A stretch of DNA of 64,000 nucleotides from Anaeromyxobacter sp. (GTDB lineage Bacteria > Myxococcota > Myxococcia > Myxococcales > Anaeromyxobacteraceae), in the NCBI GenBank assembly GCA_049840735.1, contig JASGJN010000019.1, forward strand, positions 32,001-96,000, written 5' to 3'. Position numbers and translations under genes: made by a program. The notes beneath the pieces were generated by a model. That model had not been told where the DNA came from. It worked only from the letters and a program-made list of their open reading frames with translations, and did no database searches. Below are positions 13,675 to 24,337 of this stretch, piece by piece; position 1 is the stretch's first letter; the number at the start of each line of letters is the position of its first letter.

Positions 13675-14579
13675 AGGCCTCCCTTCCCTCCCAGCTCAGG
13701 ACGCCGGCCCAGATGAACACGGAGTTGGCGCGCCAGCTCAAGGGTGTCCTGACGCTCACGCTGGAGCAGAACCGGTGGACGCTCCGGGAGCTGGTGCAGA
13801 AGCTCCAGGCGCTGCCTTACCCGCCGCCGGAGACGGAGCCCGAGCCGGAGCGGGCGGGCACCGCCAAGGAGACCCCAGGAGGACACGTCTCCTCCGCCGG
13901 GTTCGCCACGGCGGTGCTGGCGAAGGATGCGAGCAAGTACGCGCGGCGCGGGGTCCGGTACATCAAGGAGCAGATCGGCCGCGGGGTGTACCAGAAGTTC
14001 GATCACCTCGACACGATTCGTTCGATCCCGAAGGAGATCATCGAGGACGTCAAGAAGGCGGCGAAGTTCCCCGGCGGCCCGAAGCACAACTTCAACCTGC
14101 GCTTCGGGATGAGCTACCCGTACACCTGGCGGGCGCATCACATCCTGCCGGGGTCGGCGTTCTACTACGAACGGAAGAGGGGCCCCTGCTTCAAGCCCGA
14201 GCACTTCGCGATCCTGCTGCAGACCGACTACAACGTGAACGGGGGCCACAATATCATCCTGCTGCCGTTCGAGAATTGGGCCGTGCTCGTGCACGCGCTC
14301 GTCCAGCACCCGAGCGATCACCCGACCTACACGCAGGCGGTGATGGAGAGGCTGGCGGAGGTCGCAAGGAAGATCGACGCTCTCATGAAGGCGAAGAAGC
14401 ACGATCAGGCAAAGGAGGACTTCCGGAGGGAACTGCTCGAGGCGGAGAGCGACTTCTGGGACCTTCTCGTCCGGCTCGGGAAGAAGGTGACGGCCGGGCT
14501 CATCAGCGGACGGCAGTATCAATCCGATTTCGTGAAGTACGCGACCCAGGGTGGAGAAAGGCAGTCCGCGCTGAAGTAG
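13671..14579 (+). CDS. AHH-family nuclease toxin 2
   Basis: WRAHHILP, DYNVNGGHNIILLP and HPSDHPTY motifs. Confidence 0.85.
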   Translation: MKASLPSQLRTPAQMNTELARQLKGVLTLTLEQNRWTLRELVQKLQALPYPPPETEPEPERAGTAKETPGGHVSSAGFATAVLAKDASKYARRGVRYIKEQIGRGVYQKFDHLDTIRSIPKEIIEDVKKAAKFPGGPKHNFNLRFGMSYPYTWRAHHILPGSAFYYERKRGPCFKPEHFAILLQTDYNVNGGHNIILLPFENWAVLVHALVQHPSDHPTYTQAVMERLAEVARKIDALMKAKKHDQAKEDFRRELLEAESDFWDLLVRLGKKVTAGLISGRQYQSDFVKYATQGGERQSALK

Positions 14580-14595
14580 GCGTTGGCTGAACGGT

Positions 14596-15180
14596 ATGAA
14601 CTACTGGATCATTGCGAGGGATGCACCGGAGGGAGGTCTCATCGACTCCTACCCCGCGGACGGGCCGGAGGACTTCCTGTGGGATCGCGGAGAGCCGCTC
14701 GCGGCAGCCTATCCCCCGAATGCGTGCGTGCAGTTCTCAGACAACTTCCCTGACGCACGACAGCTGGAGGACTTCCAGCCCAACATCCTGAACGCGCTCA
14801 TCGTGTCTCCGAAGGCGCAGGAGGTGCTCCAGGGGCTGGAGCTGAAGAACGTCGAGTACCTCCCGGTGGCGATCCGGGACCATCGGGACGAGGTGATCGC
14901 CTCCGACTACGCCTTCGTGAACGTGCTCGGAAGCCAGCCCGCGATCGACATGGAGAGGTCGGTCTACCGGATGGGCTCGCTCGACAAGACGCAGATAACC
15001 CGAATCAAGAACCTCGTGCTCCAGCCTCAGGCCATCGCCCCGGACGCGAAGCTCTTGCGCTGCACCACGTACATGACGCTCTTCCTGATCCGCGACGACG
15101 TGCGCGAGGCGTTCGAGCGCGCGCAGCTCACCGGCTACCAGCTCATCCAGCCGGACGGCTGGGACGGCCTCATCATCTGA
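14596..15180 (+). CDS. Imm11/DUF1629-like immunity protein
   Basis: FSDNFPDARQLEDFQPN..LIVS..VEYLPVAI..YAFVN; directly follows the toxin. Confidence 0.75.
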   Translation: MNYWIIARDAPEGGLIDSYPADGPEDFLWDRGEPLAAAYPPNACVQFSDNFPDARQLEDFQPNILNALIVSPKAQEVLQGLELKNVEYLPVAIRDHRDEVIASDYAFVNVLGSQPAIDMERSVYRMGSLDKTQITRIKNLVLQPQAIAPDAKLLRCTTYMTLFLIRDDVREAFERAQLTGYQLIQPDGWDGLII

Positions 15181-15183
15181 CCC

Positions 15184-15968
15184 ATGGACTTCGACCTCCG
15201 GCAGCTGCGGGCAGACGCGATCGACCGGATCCCCACCTCCTGCGCGAGTTCCGCCCCGATGCGCCGCGGAAGGAGCTGGTGAAGCTGGTGGGGGACCTCG
15301 TCCACGGGTTCCACATCCTGGCGGCCGCGGGCCTCGTGGTGGACGGCAGCACGGAGAAGTTCTTCCTGAACCTGGCGCGGTGCGCGGAGAACGGGCTGCG
15401 GCTGCGCAGGCTCCTCGTCGGGCGCGGGGAGGTGCCGCCGCCCGCGTCAGATGACGTGCCGCTCAAGGCCGCCGTGGCCGCCGCGGACTGGGGCCGGGCC
15501 GCGGCCATCGTGGAGCACTCGGCGAAGCAGCGGGACCTGGCGGTCCAGGAGTACGAGGACGAGTTCCTTTGGGCCCGGGTGCTGCAGCTGCTGACGGTCC
15601 CCGGCCCGGACGCCGCCGAGCTCGATGCGGCGCTGGCGCGGCTGGAGGAGCTCGACGCCGCGAGCTACGGCGACCGGGTGGCGGTGGCCCGGGCCATCTT
15701 CGCCAAGGACCAAGAGGCGCTGGAGCAGGCGGTGGTCGGAGCGTCCCAGGTGTACGCGCTCGCGACCGAGAAGAAGGCTGCGGCCTTCGGGACCCCGGTC
15801 ACCAAGTTCGCGCCGCACCGGCACCTCTGGCTGGAGGGGCTGGCCCTGCTCCGGCTCGGGGAGCGGGTCGGGCCTCAGGTCCGCCAGCAGCTGCGGTACT
15901 GCCCGCGGCTGGCGCGGGGGGAGAACACGACCCAGTACGCGGGTGACTACGCCATCCCGGTGGCGTGA
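15184..15968 (+). CDS. Imm49-like putative immunity protein (copy 3; frameshift ~15233)
   Basis: MDFDLRQL.. joins ORF 15279-15968; EYEDEF, WLEGLALL and YCP motifs. Confidence 0.65.
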
Positions 15969-15969
15969 G
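15882..15969 (+). repeat. Direct repeat copy A (~88 bp, 3' end of Imm49-like copy 3)
   Basis: cgccagcagctgcggtactgcccgcggctggcgcggggggagaac...gccatcccggtggcgtgagg; near-identical copy at 17700-17787. Confidence 0.9.
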
Positions 15970-16312
15970 GGTCGTGGACGCGCCGGAGCAGGGGAACGCG
16001 ACGAGGTTCCGGCGGCGGCTGGTGATCCTGCAGGCGCCGTGGAACATCAACCGGAAGCAGAACGTGGTGCTCTTGCCGAGCGAGGAGGCGGTGGCCGCGA
16101 TCGCGGCCTTGCCGGCGCACTGTCCGTGGGATACGGCGTCGCATCCGCAGTACTCGGATGCGCTCGAGAGAGAACTGGCTGATGTCAGTCGCGCGCTCGA
16201 CGAAGCCGCCGATCAAGGCGTACACGACAAGGTGAATGCCGTGAGAGCCGCTCTCGAGAGAACCGAAACCCGCCTGCTCGCGCGCATCACGCGGATGCGA
16301 GGCGCACTGTGA
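15965..16312 (+). pseudogene. Orphan C-terminal fragment of an AHH nuclease (lacks the AHH motif and N-terminus)
   Basis: WNINRKQNVVLLP...LPAHCPWDTASHPQY aligns with toxin 2 YNVN..NIILLP...HPSDHPTY. Confidence 0.7.
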
Positions 16313-16911
16313 GCCAAGGAGGCGTGATGGCAGACCCCAGCTTCTACCTCAGATCACCTGAGGCGAGACCCGAAATGGGGTCTGGTGCAGTCCTGCCGGG
16401 GGTCAGCCGGACCTATGACCTCGCCAAAGGGGTGCGGATGGGGAGCAACTTCCCTCCGACCGTCGTGTTCGAGATAGCCAAGCGGTCCGGCGATGTGTTG
16501 ACGGACTTCCTGCCCAACACGAATCGGGTGATCATGGCCTCGGAGCGCGTGGCGGAGTTCCTCCGCGCCGAACTCCCCGCCTCGGATGAAATCGAGTTCT
16601 TGCCGTTTGGACTCAAGAACAAGAAGGGCCGCCTCGTCCAGACGCCCAGGTACTGCTTGGTGAACCCGCTGCGCAAGGTGGAGTGCCTGGATCGCAAGCG
16701 CTCGAAGTACGCTGCCGCGGATACGGGCGAGCTCGTCATGATGGACGAGCTGCACCTCGCGGAGGACCGCATCCCGCCCGACACGAAGCTCTTCCGGCTG
16801 GCGGAGCTGCCCACCTGCATCCTGTACCGAGCCGACCTGGTCGAGAAGATCCGCGCGGCGGGGTTCACGGGCTTCACGGTGGCGGCCCCCGGCGACAATC
16901 TCACGCTCTGA
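16309..16911 (+). CDS. Imm11/DUF1629-like immunity protein (orphan; alternative start 16327)
   Basis: LTDFLPN..MASERV..IEFLPF..NKKGR..YCLVN..ECLD..KLFRL. Confidence 0.75.
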   Translation: MSQGGVMADPSFYLRSPEARPEMGSGAVLPGVSRTYDLAKGVRMGSNFPPTVVFEIAKRSGDVLTDFLPNTNRVIMASERVAEFLRAELPASDEIEFLPFGLKNKKGRLVQTPRYCLVNPLRKVECLDRKRSKYAAADTGELVMMDELHLAEDRIPPDTKLFRLAELPTCILYRADLVEKIRAAGFTGFTVAAPGDNLTL

Positions 16912-16935
16912 CCCTGGAGTGGACTTGGAGGCGCC

Positions 16936-17699
16936 ATGAGCCACAGCTCCCTCGCGACGGCGATCGTCAACATCGAGTACCTGCTCGAGGAGCGGCTGAA
17001 CGAGGCCAGGCCGGGAGCCCCCGACGCGGCGGCCTGGTTGGAGATCGCCACGCACTTCCGGCGCCTCGCCTGCGGTGCGATCTTCATGGACCTCGACGCC
17101 GATGAGGCTGTCGATCACCTGTACCGCAGTGGCAAGGTCTACCTGGCAGCTGCTCGAGGCGCGCGAGCGGGCGCCGGTGGATCCCGTACTACCTGACCAC
17201 CAACTTCGCGGCGCCGTTCCTGGACGCGCTGGCAGCGGGCGCCTGGGACCTGGCCGAGCGGATCGCGCGGGCCATGCCGACGCAGTGTGATCCAGGGCAG
17301 GGCGAGTACCTGGAGGACTTCAGCTACTTCGCCATCCTCCGCTCGCTGCTGCTGTCGCCGGCCGACGAGGAGGGCCGAGCCAAGTCGCTGGTGGACTTCG
17401 AGCAGGCGCTGCAGGGCGGGGAGTCGGCGCGGTTCGAGGTCGCGAAGGCGCTGTGCGCAAAGGATGAGGCGCAGCTGGCCCGGGCGCTGGCCGGCCGGCA
17501 GCAGGCGTGGAAGGAGGCGGCAGCGGAGAGCCGGGATCCATACGACCGGGAGACGACCGGGAAGCTCTTCCTCGAAGGGGTGGCGATGTGCCGGCTGGCG
17601 GGCCGGCTGGGGTTGAAGGTGCCGGCCAGGATTCCGTCGGTCCCCCGTGAACTGCTCCGAGCCCAGCACGAGACCTTCCCCGAGGAGTTCGAGATCTGA
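16936..17699 (+). CDS. Imm49-like putative immunity protein (copy 4; frameshifts ~17146 and ~17184)
   Basis: GGAGG RBS; EYLEDF and FLEGVAMC motifs; three ORF pieces join. Confidence 0.6.
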
Positions 17700-17787
17700 C
17701 GCCAGCAGCTCCGGTACCGCCCGAGGCTGGCGCGGGGGGAGAACAGGACGCAGTACACGGGAGATCACGCCATCCCGGTGGCGTGAG
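17700..17787 (+). repeat. Direct repeat copy B (3' end fragment of an Imm49-like gene)
   Basis: Matches 15882-15969, encoding RQQLRYRPRLARGENRTQYTGDHAIPVA*. Confidence 0.9.
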
Positions 17788-17807
17788 GAGCGGGCCGCGG
17801 GTTCCCT

Positions 17808-17931
17808 ATCCTGCTGCCGTTCGAGAACTGGGCGGTGCTAGTGCATGCGCTGATCCAGCACCCCAGCGATCACCCGACGTACACGCAGGCGGTGATGAAG
17901 CGGCTGGGGGAGATCGCGGACGAGATCGACG
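17808..17931 (+). pseudogene. Fragment paralogous to AHH toxin 2 (14256-14379)
   Basis: ILLPFENWAVLVHALIQHPSDHPTYTQAVM versus ILLPFENWAVLVHALVQHPSDHPTYTQAVM. Confidence 0.9.
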
Positions 17932-18046
17932 GTCGCGCGTACAGGCCTGCCCAGGTCCGCAGCCGCGGCCGCCGCCCATTCCCGTCGCGGTCAGCGCCGT
18001 GGTCTCTGCCGGCAGGATCTCGATGGGCAGGTTGCCCACGATCCCG
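17931..18046 (-). pseudogene. Inverted fragment paralogous to the 3' end of the Cys-rich lipoprotein gene (~11211-11328)
   Basis: GNLPIEILPAETTALTATGMGGGRGCGPGQACTRDR versus GNLPIEIAPAGTTALTGTGMGGGRGCGAGQACSRDR. Confidence 0.9.
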
Positions 18047-18086
18047 CTCGAGTGGTTCCGGAGCCACAGGTCAGGAGGGGAGGGTC

Positions 18087-18314
18087 ATGTCGACGTGGCA
18101 AAGAGGTGTTGCTGTGGCCATGCTCCTGGGGGCGTGGGCGGGCTGTGCCAGTGACTGGAGCGGGTCGGGGACGAGCCTGCTCATCAGCGGTGGGCACCGG
18201 CAGAGCTGCGGAGCGGTGAACGGCGCGGCGTACTGCTGGGGCAACAACACCTACGGGGCGCTCGGGGATGGAACGACAATCACCCGCGGTACGCCGGCGC
18301 CGGTCTCCGGGTGA
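18087..18314 (+). pseudogene. Truncated paralog of the RCC1 lipoprotein (signal peptide + first repeat only)
   Basis: SGGHRQSCG..YCWGNNTYGALGDGT versus SGGHRQSCA..SCWGRNDYGALGDGT at 11408; RBS retained. Confidence 0.85.
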
Positions 18315-18451
18315 AGGTCGCCACGGCTCCACCGGCATGTGCCGGTCCATCCCGCGCGAGCATCGACGTCGGCCGCCGAGTCGCGGTAGCGTCTCCGACG
18401 AGCCCTTCGCAGGGAGCGACGCGGCCCACCCGGCGTGAGAGGTGACCCCGC

Positions 18452-19190
18452 ATGATGCGCCCCGACGTGATCCTCGAGGACGCCCGCTACCTGGCCCAGC
18501 AGGCGGAGAAGGCGCTGGCCACGGCGCCTCGGCCGGCGGACCGCGAGCAGCTGCTCTCGGAGCTGTCCGAGCGCCGCCACGTGGCGGGGGTGGCTGCGCT
18601 GCTCGCCACCGGGGACGCCGCGGCCTTCCGGCAGGAGCTGGCCGCGGCCGGCGCGGCGCGGGTGGAGCTGCTCAGGCTGCCGGCGCAGCTCAGCCGCGCT
18701 CCGGGGTACCTGCAGCGCGCCAGCCATCTGGCCCCGTTCTTCGACGCCCTGGTGGCCGGCGCGGACGGGCTGGCGGCCGAGGTCGCGCGCCTCTCGCCGC
18801 CGGCCTGGCGGGAGGACGACGAGTTCGAGGATGACTTCTGGTACGCCCGCTTCCTGGCGGCGGTGGTGCTGGGTCAGCCGGCCGAGGCCGCCGCCGCGCT
18901 GCAGGGGCTGGCCCGCGCCTGCGGCCCGAATCCCACGGCGCGCCACGACCTCTGCGCCGCGCTGCTGGCCCGCGACGGCGCGGGCTTCGGCAAGGCCCTG
19001 CGCCAGCTGGTGGCCGAGCGGCAGTCGGAGCTGCTCGACCTGGACGAGACGCCCCGCCCTGAATCCCGATCGCCACTTCGTGGACAAGCAGGTCTTCGTG
19101 GAGGGGCTGGCGTGGCTCTGGCTGGGGCGCGAGCTCAGGTTCGAGGCGCCGACGGCCCTGCTGCCGGCCGCAGCGCGGCGGGCGCAGTAG
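18452..19190 (+). CDS. Imm49-like putative immunity protein (copy 5, orphan; frameshift ~19055)
   Basis: EFEDDFWYA and VFVEGLAWL motifs. Confidence 0.6.
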
Positions 19191-19198
19191 CCGCCCGC

Positions 19199-20492
19199 CT
19201 ACTCCCCGAACCCGCGCCCCGGCAGCCTCCCCGCCAGGCCCCGCGCCGCCGCCAGCTCCTCGCGCTGTCGCTGCGTGAGCGCGTCCCAGGTCACTGCCGC
19301 CTGGCCGCGCGAGCGGATGGCCAGCTCCAGCGCCAGCGCCTCCCGCCGCCGCGCCGGTCCCTCCGACAGCTCGCGCAGGAGGCCGCCGGCGCTCCAGGGG
19401 GCGCCGCGCAGCCAGCGCTGGCCAGGCGCGAGCCGCTGGCGGGCCTCCTGCCACCAAACGGAAACCGCCTCCGGCGCCGGCGCGGGCAGCTCGGCCTCGG
19501 GGCCGTAGCCCGGCTCCGCCCCGTCCTCTTGCTCCGGATCCCAGCGCTCGGGCGCGCCCAGGTGGGCGGGCGTGAGCGGGAGCCCGGTGATGGCGGCGAA
19601 GGCCTCCAGCGCCAGCGGCGCCAGCTTCCCGTCGCGCAAAAGCGGCAGCAGCGCCTCGGCCGCGCTCACCTGGCCGCTGAAGCCCAGCGCGAAGGCGGCC
19701 GCGGCGGCGTGCTCCGGCTCGCGCAGCGCAGGGGTGAGCGCGGCAGCGGAGCGGGCGTCGCCGGAGAGCCCCAGCAGCAGCGCCGCGCTGGCGAAGCCCG
19801 GCCCGCGGGCGGCCACGGTGGCCTCGCAGGCGGACCAGGCGCCGGGGTGGCCCAACGCCATCCCGCTCTCCAGCGCCGCCGCCCGCACCTCCGGCTCCTC
19901 CGAGCGGTAGCCGCGCTCCAGCGCCAGCGGCGAGAGCCGGCCGCGGAAGGCGCGCGCGAGGCGCAGCGCCAGCGCCTGCTGGACAGGATCGTCCGCCGCG
20001 GCCAGCCCATCCAGCGGGAGCGCGGGATCGACCCCCCGCGCCGCCAGCACCTCCAGCAGGTCCGGCTGCGCCGCGCCGGCCGCCAGGCCCGCCAGCCGCT
20101 GCGCCAGCCCCTCCACCGGCGCGACCGCCAGCCCGCGCCGCAGCGCGCGACGGGGCTCGTCCTCGGCAGCGGCCAGCGCCTCCAGCACCGCCGGCGTGAA
20201 GTCGCCGTCCTCCGAGCAGAGCAGGGCGAAGGCCGCCGCGAAGACCGCGCCCGGCTCGTCCCCGCCCAGCGCCGGGACCAGCAGCTTCTCCGCCACCGCG
20301 GCCCCGCCCAGCACCAGGCCGTCGAGGTGGGCCAGCAGCCGCCCCTCGGGTCCGTCGGCAATCTCCTCCAGCGTGTACTCGGGCGACCGGAGCGCCTCCT
20401 CCCACTGCTGGAAGAGGAAGGCGGCGTCCTCCAGGTGCTCCTCCTGGATGTCCCAGCGGGGCGGGGGTCGGTTCTGAATCCGTGGCCGTCAC
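19199..20492 (-). CDS. TIGR02270-like HEAT-repeat T6SS accessory protein (frameshift ~20460)
   Basis: WDIQEEHLEDAAFLFQQWE..RLLAHLDGL, EAFAAITGL, LPAPAPEAVSVWW, RRREALALEL; GTG at 20492 with GGAGG upstream. Confidence 0.8.
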
Positions 20493-20685
20493 AGGCGTCC
20501 CTCCGTGTGATGGCGGAGTGTATCCCGGTCTCGTCCGCGCCCCCTCGCCGCGCCCGGCGCCGGACGGGTTCCTCCCGCCGCGCGGCAGCCGGCCGCAGGC
20601 GCAACCCGAGGTCCTGGGCGTTCGCACTTCACGCAGAGCGTTGCGCCTCGCGGCTGAACATCCAACCTGCTACCGTTCGCGGCCC

Positions 20686-22092
20686 ATGACAGCCATGACT
20701 CGTAGTGCCGGCCTGCTGCTCGCCGCGATCTCGGCGCTGGCGGGGACCGCGCACGCGCAGGAGAAGGCGCCCTCCGGGCAGCTGGGCGTGGTGGCGGTGG
20801 CGCCGGCGCCGGGTCCCAACCCGGGCCTGGTGAGCCTGACCGGCGCGCTGCACGGCGCGCTCTCGGCCCGCACCGCTGCGGTGGTCGACCCCGGGGAGCT
20901 GCGCCTGCGCATGGGAGACCTGGGCTCGGTCGCCTCGCTCGAGGAGACCAACCGGGCGTACGAGGCGGCGCGCGCGGCGGAGCTGAGCGGCAACCCGCTG
21001 GCCGCGATCTCCGGGCTCGAGTCCGCCGTCGCCGAGCTGGAGAAGATGACGGAGGGCCCGGAGGTCTTCACCCAGTGGAAGCGGGCCGTGATCCGGCTGG
21101 CCAGGATCGAGTCGCTGCTGGCCGGCCACGAGGAGAAGGCCCGGACCACGCTGGAGAAGCTCTACCGGGCCGACCCTGACGCCAAGGTGGACGCGGCGGC
21201 GCACGGCAGCGACGTGGCGCAGCTGGCCGACTCCATCAAGGCCAAGCTCTCGCGCGCGCCGCGGCGCCGGCTCACGCTCACCTCCAGCACGCCCGGCGCC
21301 CGGTTCTTCGTGAACGGCCGCGAGGTGGGCACCAACGCCGGCGCGCCCGTCCAGACGGTGGTGGTGGCCGGCACGCACCGGGTGTCGGCCACCGACGGCA
21401 CGCTGCGCGTCACGCTGCCGGCCGTGGACCTGTCCCGGGACCAGGTGCTGGATCTCGACTTCACCGTCGCCAGGATGGTCCGGCCCGGGATGGGCCCCGG
21501 GCTGGCGATCGACCCGCTCGACAAGGACAGCATCTTCCGCGCCGCGGGCAGCCTCAGGCTCTCGACGCTGATCACCACCAGCCTGATCCAGGCCGACTCG
21601 GCCACCTACCTGGTCGGCTCCGCCTACGACGTGGGCAAGGGGCAGCTGCGCCAGTCAGGCGTCATGCACCTGGCCAACTCGGAGGCTCCCCCAGGCGGCA
21701 TGAACGCGCTGGCCGACTACCTGCTCACCGGGACCCCGGCCGGCGGCGTGAAGAAGTTCGACCCGGCCAGCACCGACTGGCGGCAGGAGCCGCCCAAGAC
21801 CAAGCGCAACGTGGCGATCGGCACCGCCATCGGCGGCGTCGCGCTGGGCGCAGTCTCGGTCTGGCAGCTGCTGGCCTCCAACAGCAGCTACGACAAGGCG
21901 AACGGGTACCTGTCCGGCGGGGTCCTGCCGGCGGACGACAGCCCGTACTGGCACTACAAGGAGCAGGGGGACAAGCAGCGGACGGTCGCCACCGCGACCG
22001 GGATCGGCGCCGGCGTCTGCCTCGTCACCTCCGCCGTCACCGGGTACCTGGCCTACAAGCAGTCCGGCGAGTTCGGGCCGATCCGGTTCTAG
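20686..22092 (+). CDS. Secreted PEGA-like domain protein with C-terminal hydrophobic segments
   Basis: Signal peptide (AHAQ); SSTPGARFFVNGREVG. Confidence 0.6.
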   Translation: MTAMTRSAGLLLAAISALAGTAHAQEKAPSGQLGVVAVAPAPGPNPGLVSLTGALHGALSARTAAVVDPGELRLRMGDLGSVASLEETNRAYEAARAAELSGNPLAAISGLESAVAELEKMTEGPEVFTQWKRAVIRLARIESLLAGHEEKARTTLEKLYRADPDAKVDAAAHGSDVAQLADSIKAKLSRAPRRRLTLTSSTPGARFFVNGREVGTNAGAPVQTVVVAGTHRVSATDGTLRVTLPAVDLSRDQVLDLDFTVARMVRPGMGPGLAIDPLDKDSIFRAAGSLRLSTLITTSLIQADSATYLVGSAYDVGKGQLRQSGVMHLANSEAPPGGMNALADYLLTGTPAGGVKKFDPASTDWRQEPPKTKRNVAIGTAIGGVALGAVSVWQLLASNSSYDKANGYLSGGVLPADDSPYWHYKEQGDKQRTVATATGIGAGVCLVTSAVTGYLAYKQSGEFGPIRF

Positions 22093-22152
22093 CCGGGCGC
22101 CCAGCGCGACCCGGACCGAGCGAGGTCCCTGGCCCGGCGGCGCCGAGCGGCG

Positions 22153-24047
22153 CTACTGCGCCTCGAAGATGGCGGGGTAGACCTCGCGCGTCCCGGCGTT
22201 CACCTCGACGCGCTTGGCGATGCTGGTGGCGCCGCTCGTGACCCGGACGTCGTACCTGCCCGCCGGCACCAGCAGCTCGCAGGGCGCGCGGCCGTAGTCC
22301 TGGCCGTTCACCGAGAACCGCCGCGCCAGGCGGCTCGGAGTTGACGGTCAGGATGCCCTTTCCGTCGGCGGCCGGCGGCAGCGTGAAGGCGTAGAGCTTG
22401 TTGCGCGACTCGAAGCGCCGCCCGGCGGCAGGGCGGGCCGGCGCAGGCTCCGGGGGCGGCGCAGGGGCCACCGGCGCGTTCGCGATCACGGTGGGCGTCC
22501 TCGATGGCTGCTTGCGCGGGGCGGGCCTGGTGGGCGCCGCAAGCCCCGCGTCGGCGGGCGCTGCCGCCGTCGTGCCGGGCGTCGGCGTCTCCGCCTCCGA
22601 GGCAGGGGCGCCGGAGCCCTGGGCCACAGTCGCCTGGGCTTCCCCTGGCGCAACCGCCTCGGCGCCGGGCTGCTGCGCCTGCCCGGGGGCGTCCACCTTC
22701 GCAGCAGGCGCCGGGGGCTGGACCTCTTGGACAGGAGCTTCCATCGAGGCCGGGGCGCGGGTCAGCCAGTAGCCTGCGCCGGCGACCGCGAGCAGGACCG
22801 CCGCTGCGGCGCCGACCAGGGGGGCGCGCCGGCTCGCGGGCGCAGGGGCCGGCGCCGCGAGGCTGGCCTCGCCGGCCCGGAATCCCCGAGGGCTCCCGGA
22901 GCGGCTCGGTGGGCCTCGCCGGCGTAGGCGCCCGAACGGCGGCAGGCGTGGGGAGCCGCACCGTCGCGGGCGTGGCCGGCCGCGGCTCGCGCGAGGCGGG
23001 GTGCTCCGGCGTGGGCAGCTGCTGGGTGGAGGACGGCGTCCCCAGCACCACCGTGGCCCTCGGCGCCGGACCCGCCCCAGGTGCCGGCACCACCAGCTGG
23101 CAGCCCAGGAGCAGCGACCGCAGCTCGTCGGCGCTGGCGGGGCGCAGCGTCCGGTCCGTGGAGAGTGTCTGCAGGACCACCGCCTCCAGGTCCGGCGACA
23201 CCGCCCCGGGCTCGCGGCGTGCGCTGGGCGGCAGGACCTTCTCGGTGAGGTGCTTGCGCACCATCTCCATCGGCGTGCGCGCCTCCAGCGGCAGCCGGCC
23301 GGTGATCAGCTCGTAGAGGACGCAGCCAATGGCGTAGAGGTCGCTCCGGGCGTCGAGCGGGTCGCCGCTCCACTGCTCCGGGCTCATGTAGCCGGGGGTC
23401 CCGCAGACCAGCCCGGCCTGGGTGAGCGTGGCGCCCTGATCGCCGGGGAGCTGGATTCTGGCGATCCCGAAGTCGAGGACCTTGACCAGGTCCTGCTCAT
23501 GCCGCCGCGCCTCGAGCATCACGTTCTCGGGCTTGAGATCGCGGTGCAGGATGCCGGCGGCGTGGGCCTCGGCGAGCGCGGAGAGGATCTGCTCGGCGAT
23601 CCGGACCACCCGCGGCTCGGGCAGCGGGAACTCCTCGGCGATGACGCGGGCCAGGCTCCGGCCGGCCACGTACTCCATCACCATGAAGAGCGTCCCGTCC
23701 TCCATCTGGCCGAAGTCGGACACGTGCACGACGTTGGGGTGCCGGAGCCGGGAGGCGGCGCGCGCCTCACGCTGGAAGCGCTGCACGATCGAGGGATCGG
23801 CCAGCAGCGAGCGCTTCAGGATCTTGAGGGCCAGCGGCGCGTCGAGCGTCAGGTGCCGGGCGCGGTAGACGTGGCCCATCCCGCCGCCGCCCAGGTAGCC
23901 CTCGACGAAGTACGTGCCCTTCACGGTCTGGCCGATGAGCGGATCCGCGCCGGCGTCGGCCGTGCCGCGCACGACCGGCGTGCCACAGGTCGGGCAGAAG
24001 CTCGAGTCGGGCGCGACCTCGCGCTGGCAGTTCGGGCACGGGGACAT
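22153..24047 (-). CDS. Ser/Thr kinase with N-terminal zinc ribbon, Pro-rich linker, TM segment and C-terminal PEGA-like domain (2 or more frameshifts)
   Basis: [39 protein letters not shown]-terminal GILTVNSEP..GRAPCELLVPAGRY. Confidence 0.85.
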
Positions 24048-24337
24048 GGGGGTGCCGGAGCATAGCAGAACGGTTCGTGCGGCAGCCCGGACCCGTGCCC
24101 ACGAGGAGGGAGAGCGGAGCCCGCCGAGGGGAAGCCCTGGCCGCGGCCCCGTGCCGCACGATTCGACCTCCCGATCCCCAGGCCTGCGCCAGGCCCGGGC
24201 TCCACCTGCGGTCACTGCGCGCTTGACCCTTCACTGCCGGTCCGCAACAGTCCCTGCGTCCACCAGCAGGGCTGCCGAGGCCTCACCACCGCTGATCGCA
24301 CCGCCCCGGGCGCCGCCCAGGCGAGGAGATGCTGCTC

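Noticed and set aside
15882..18314. Integron, prophage or IS-mediated cassette
   Set aside because: No integrase, transposase, attC-like sites or terminal inverted repeats recognised.
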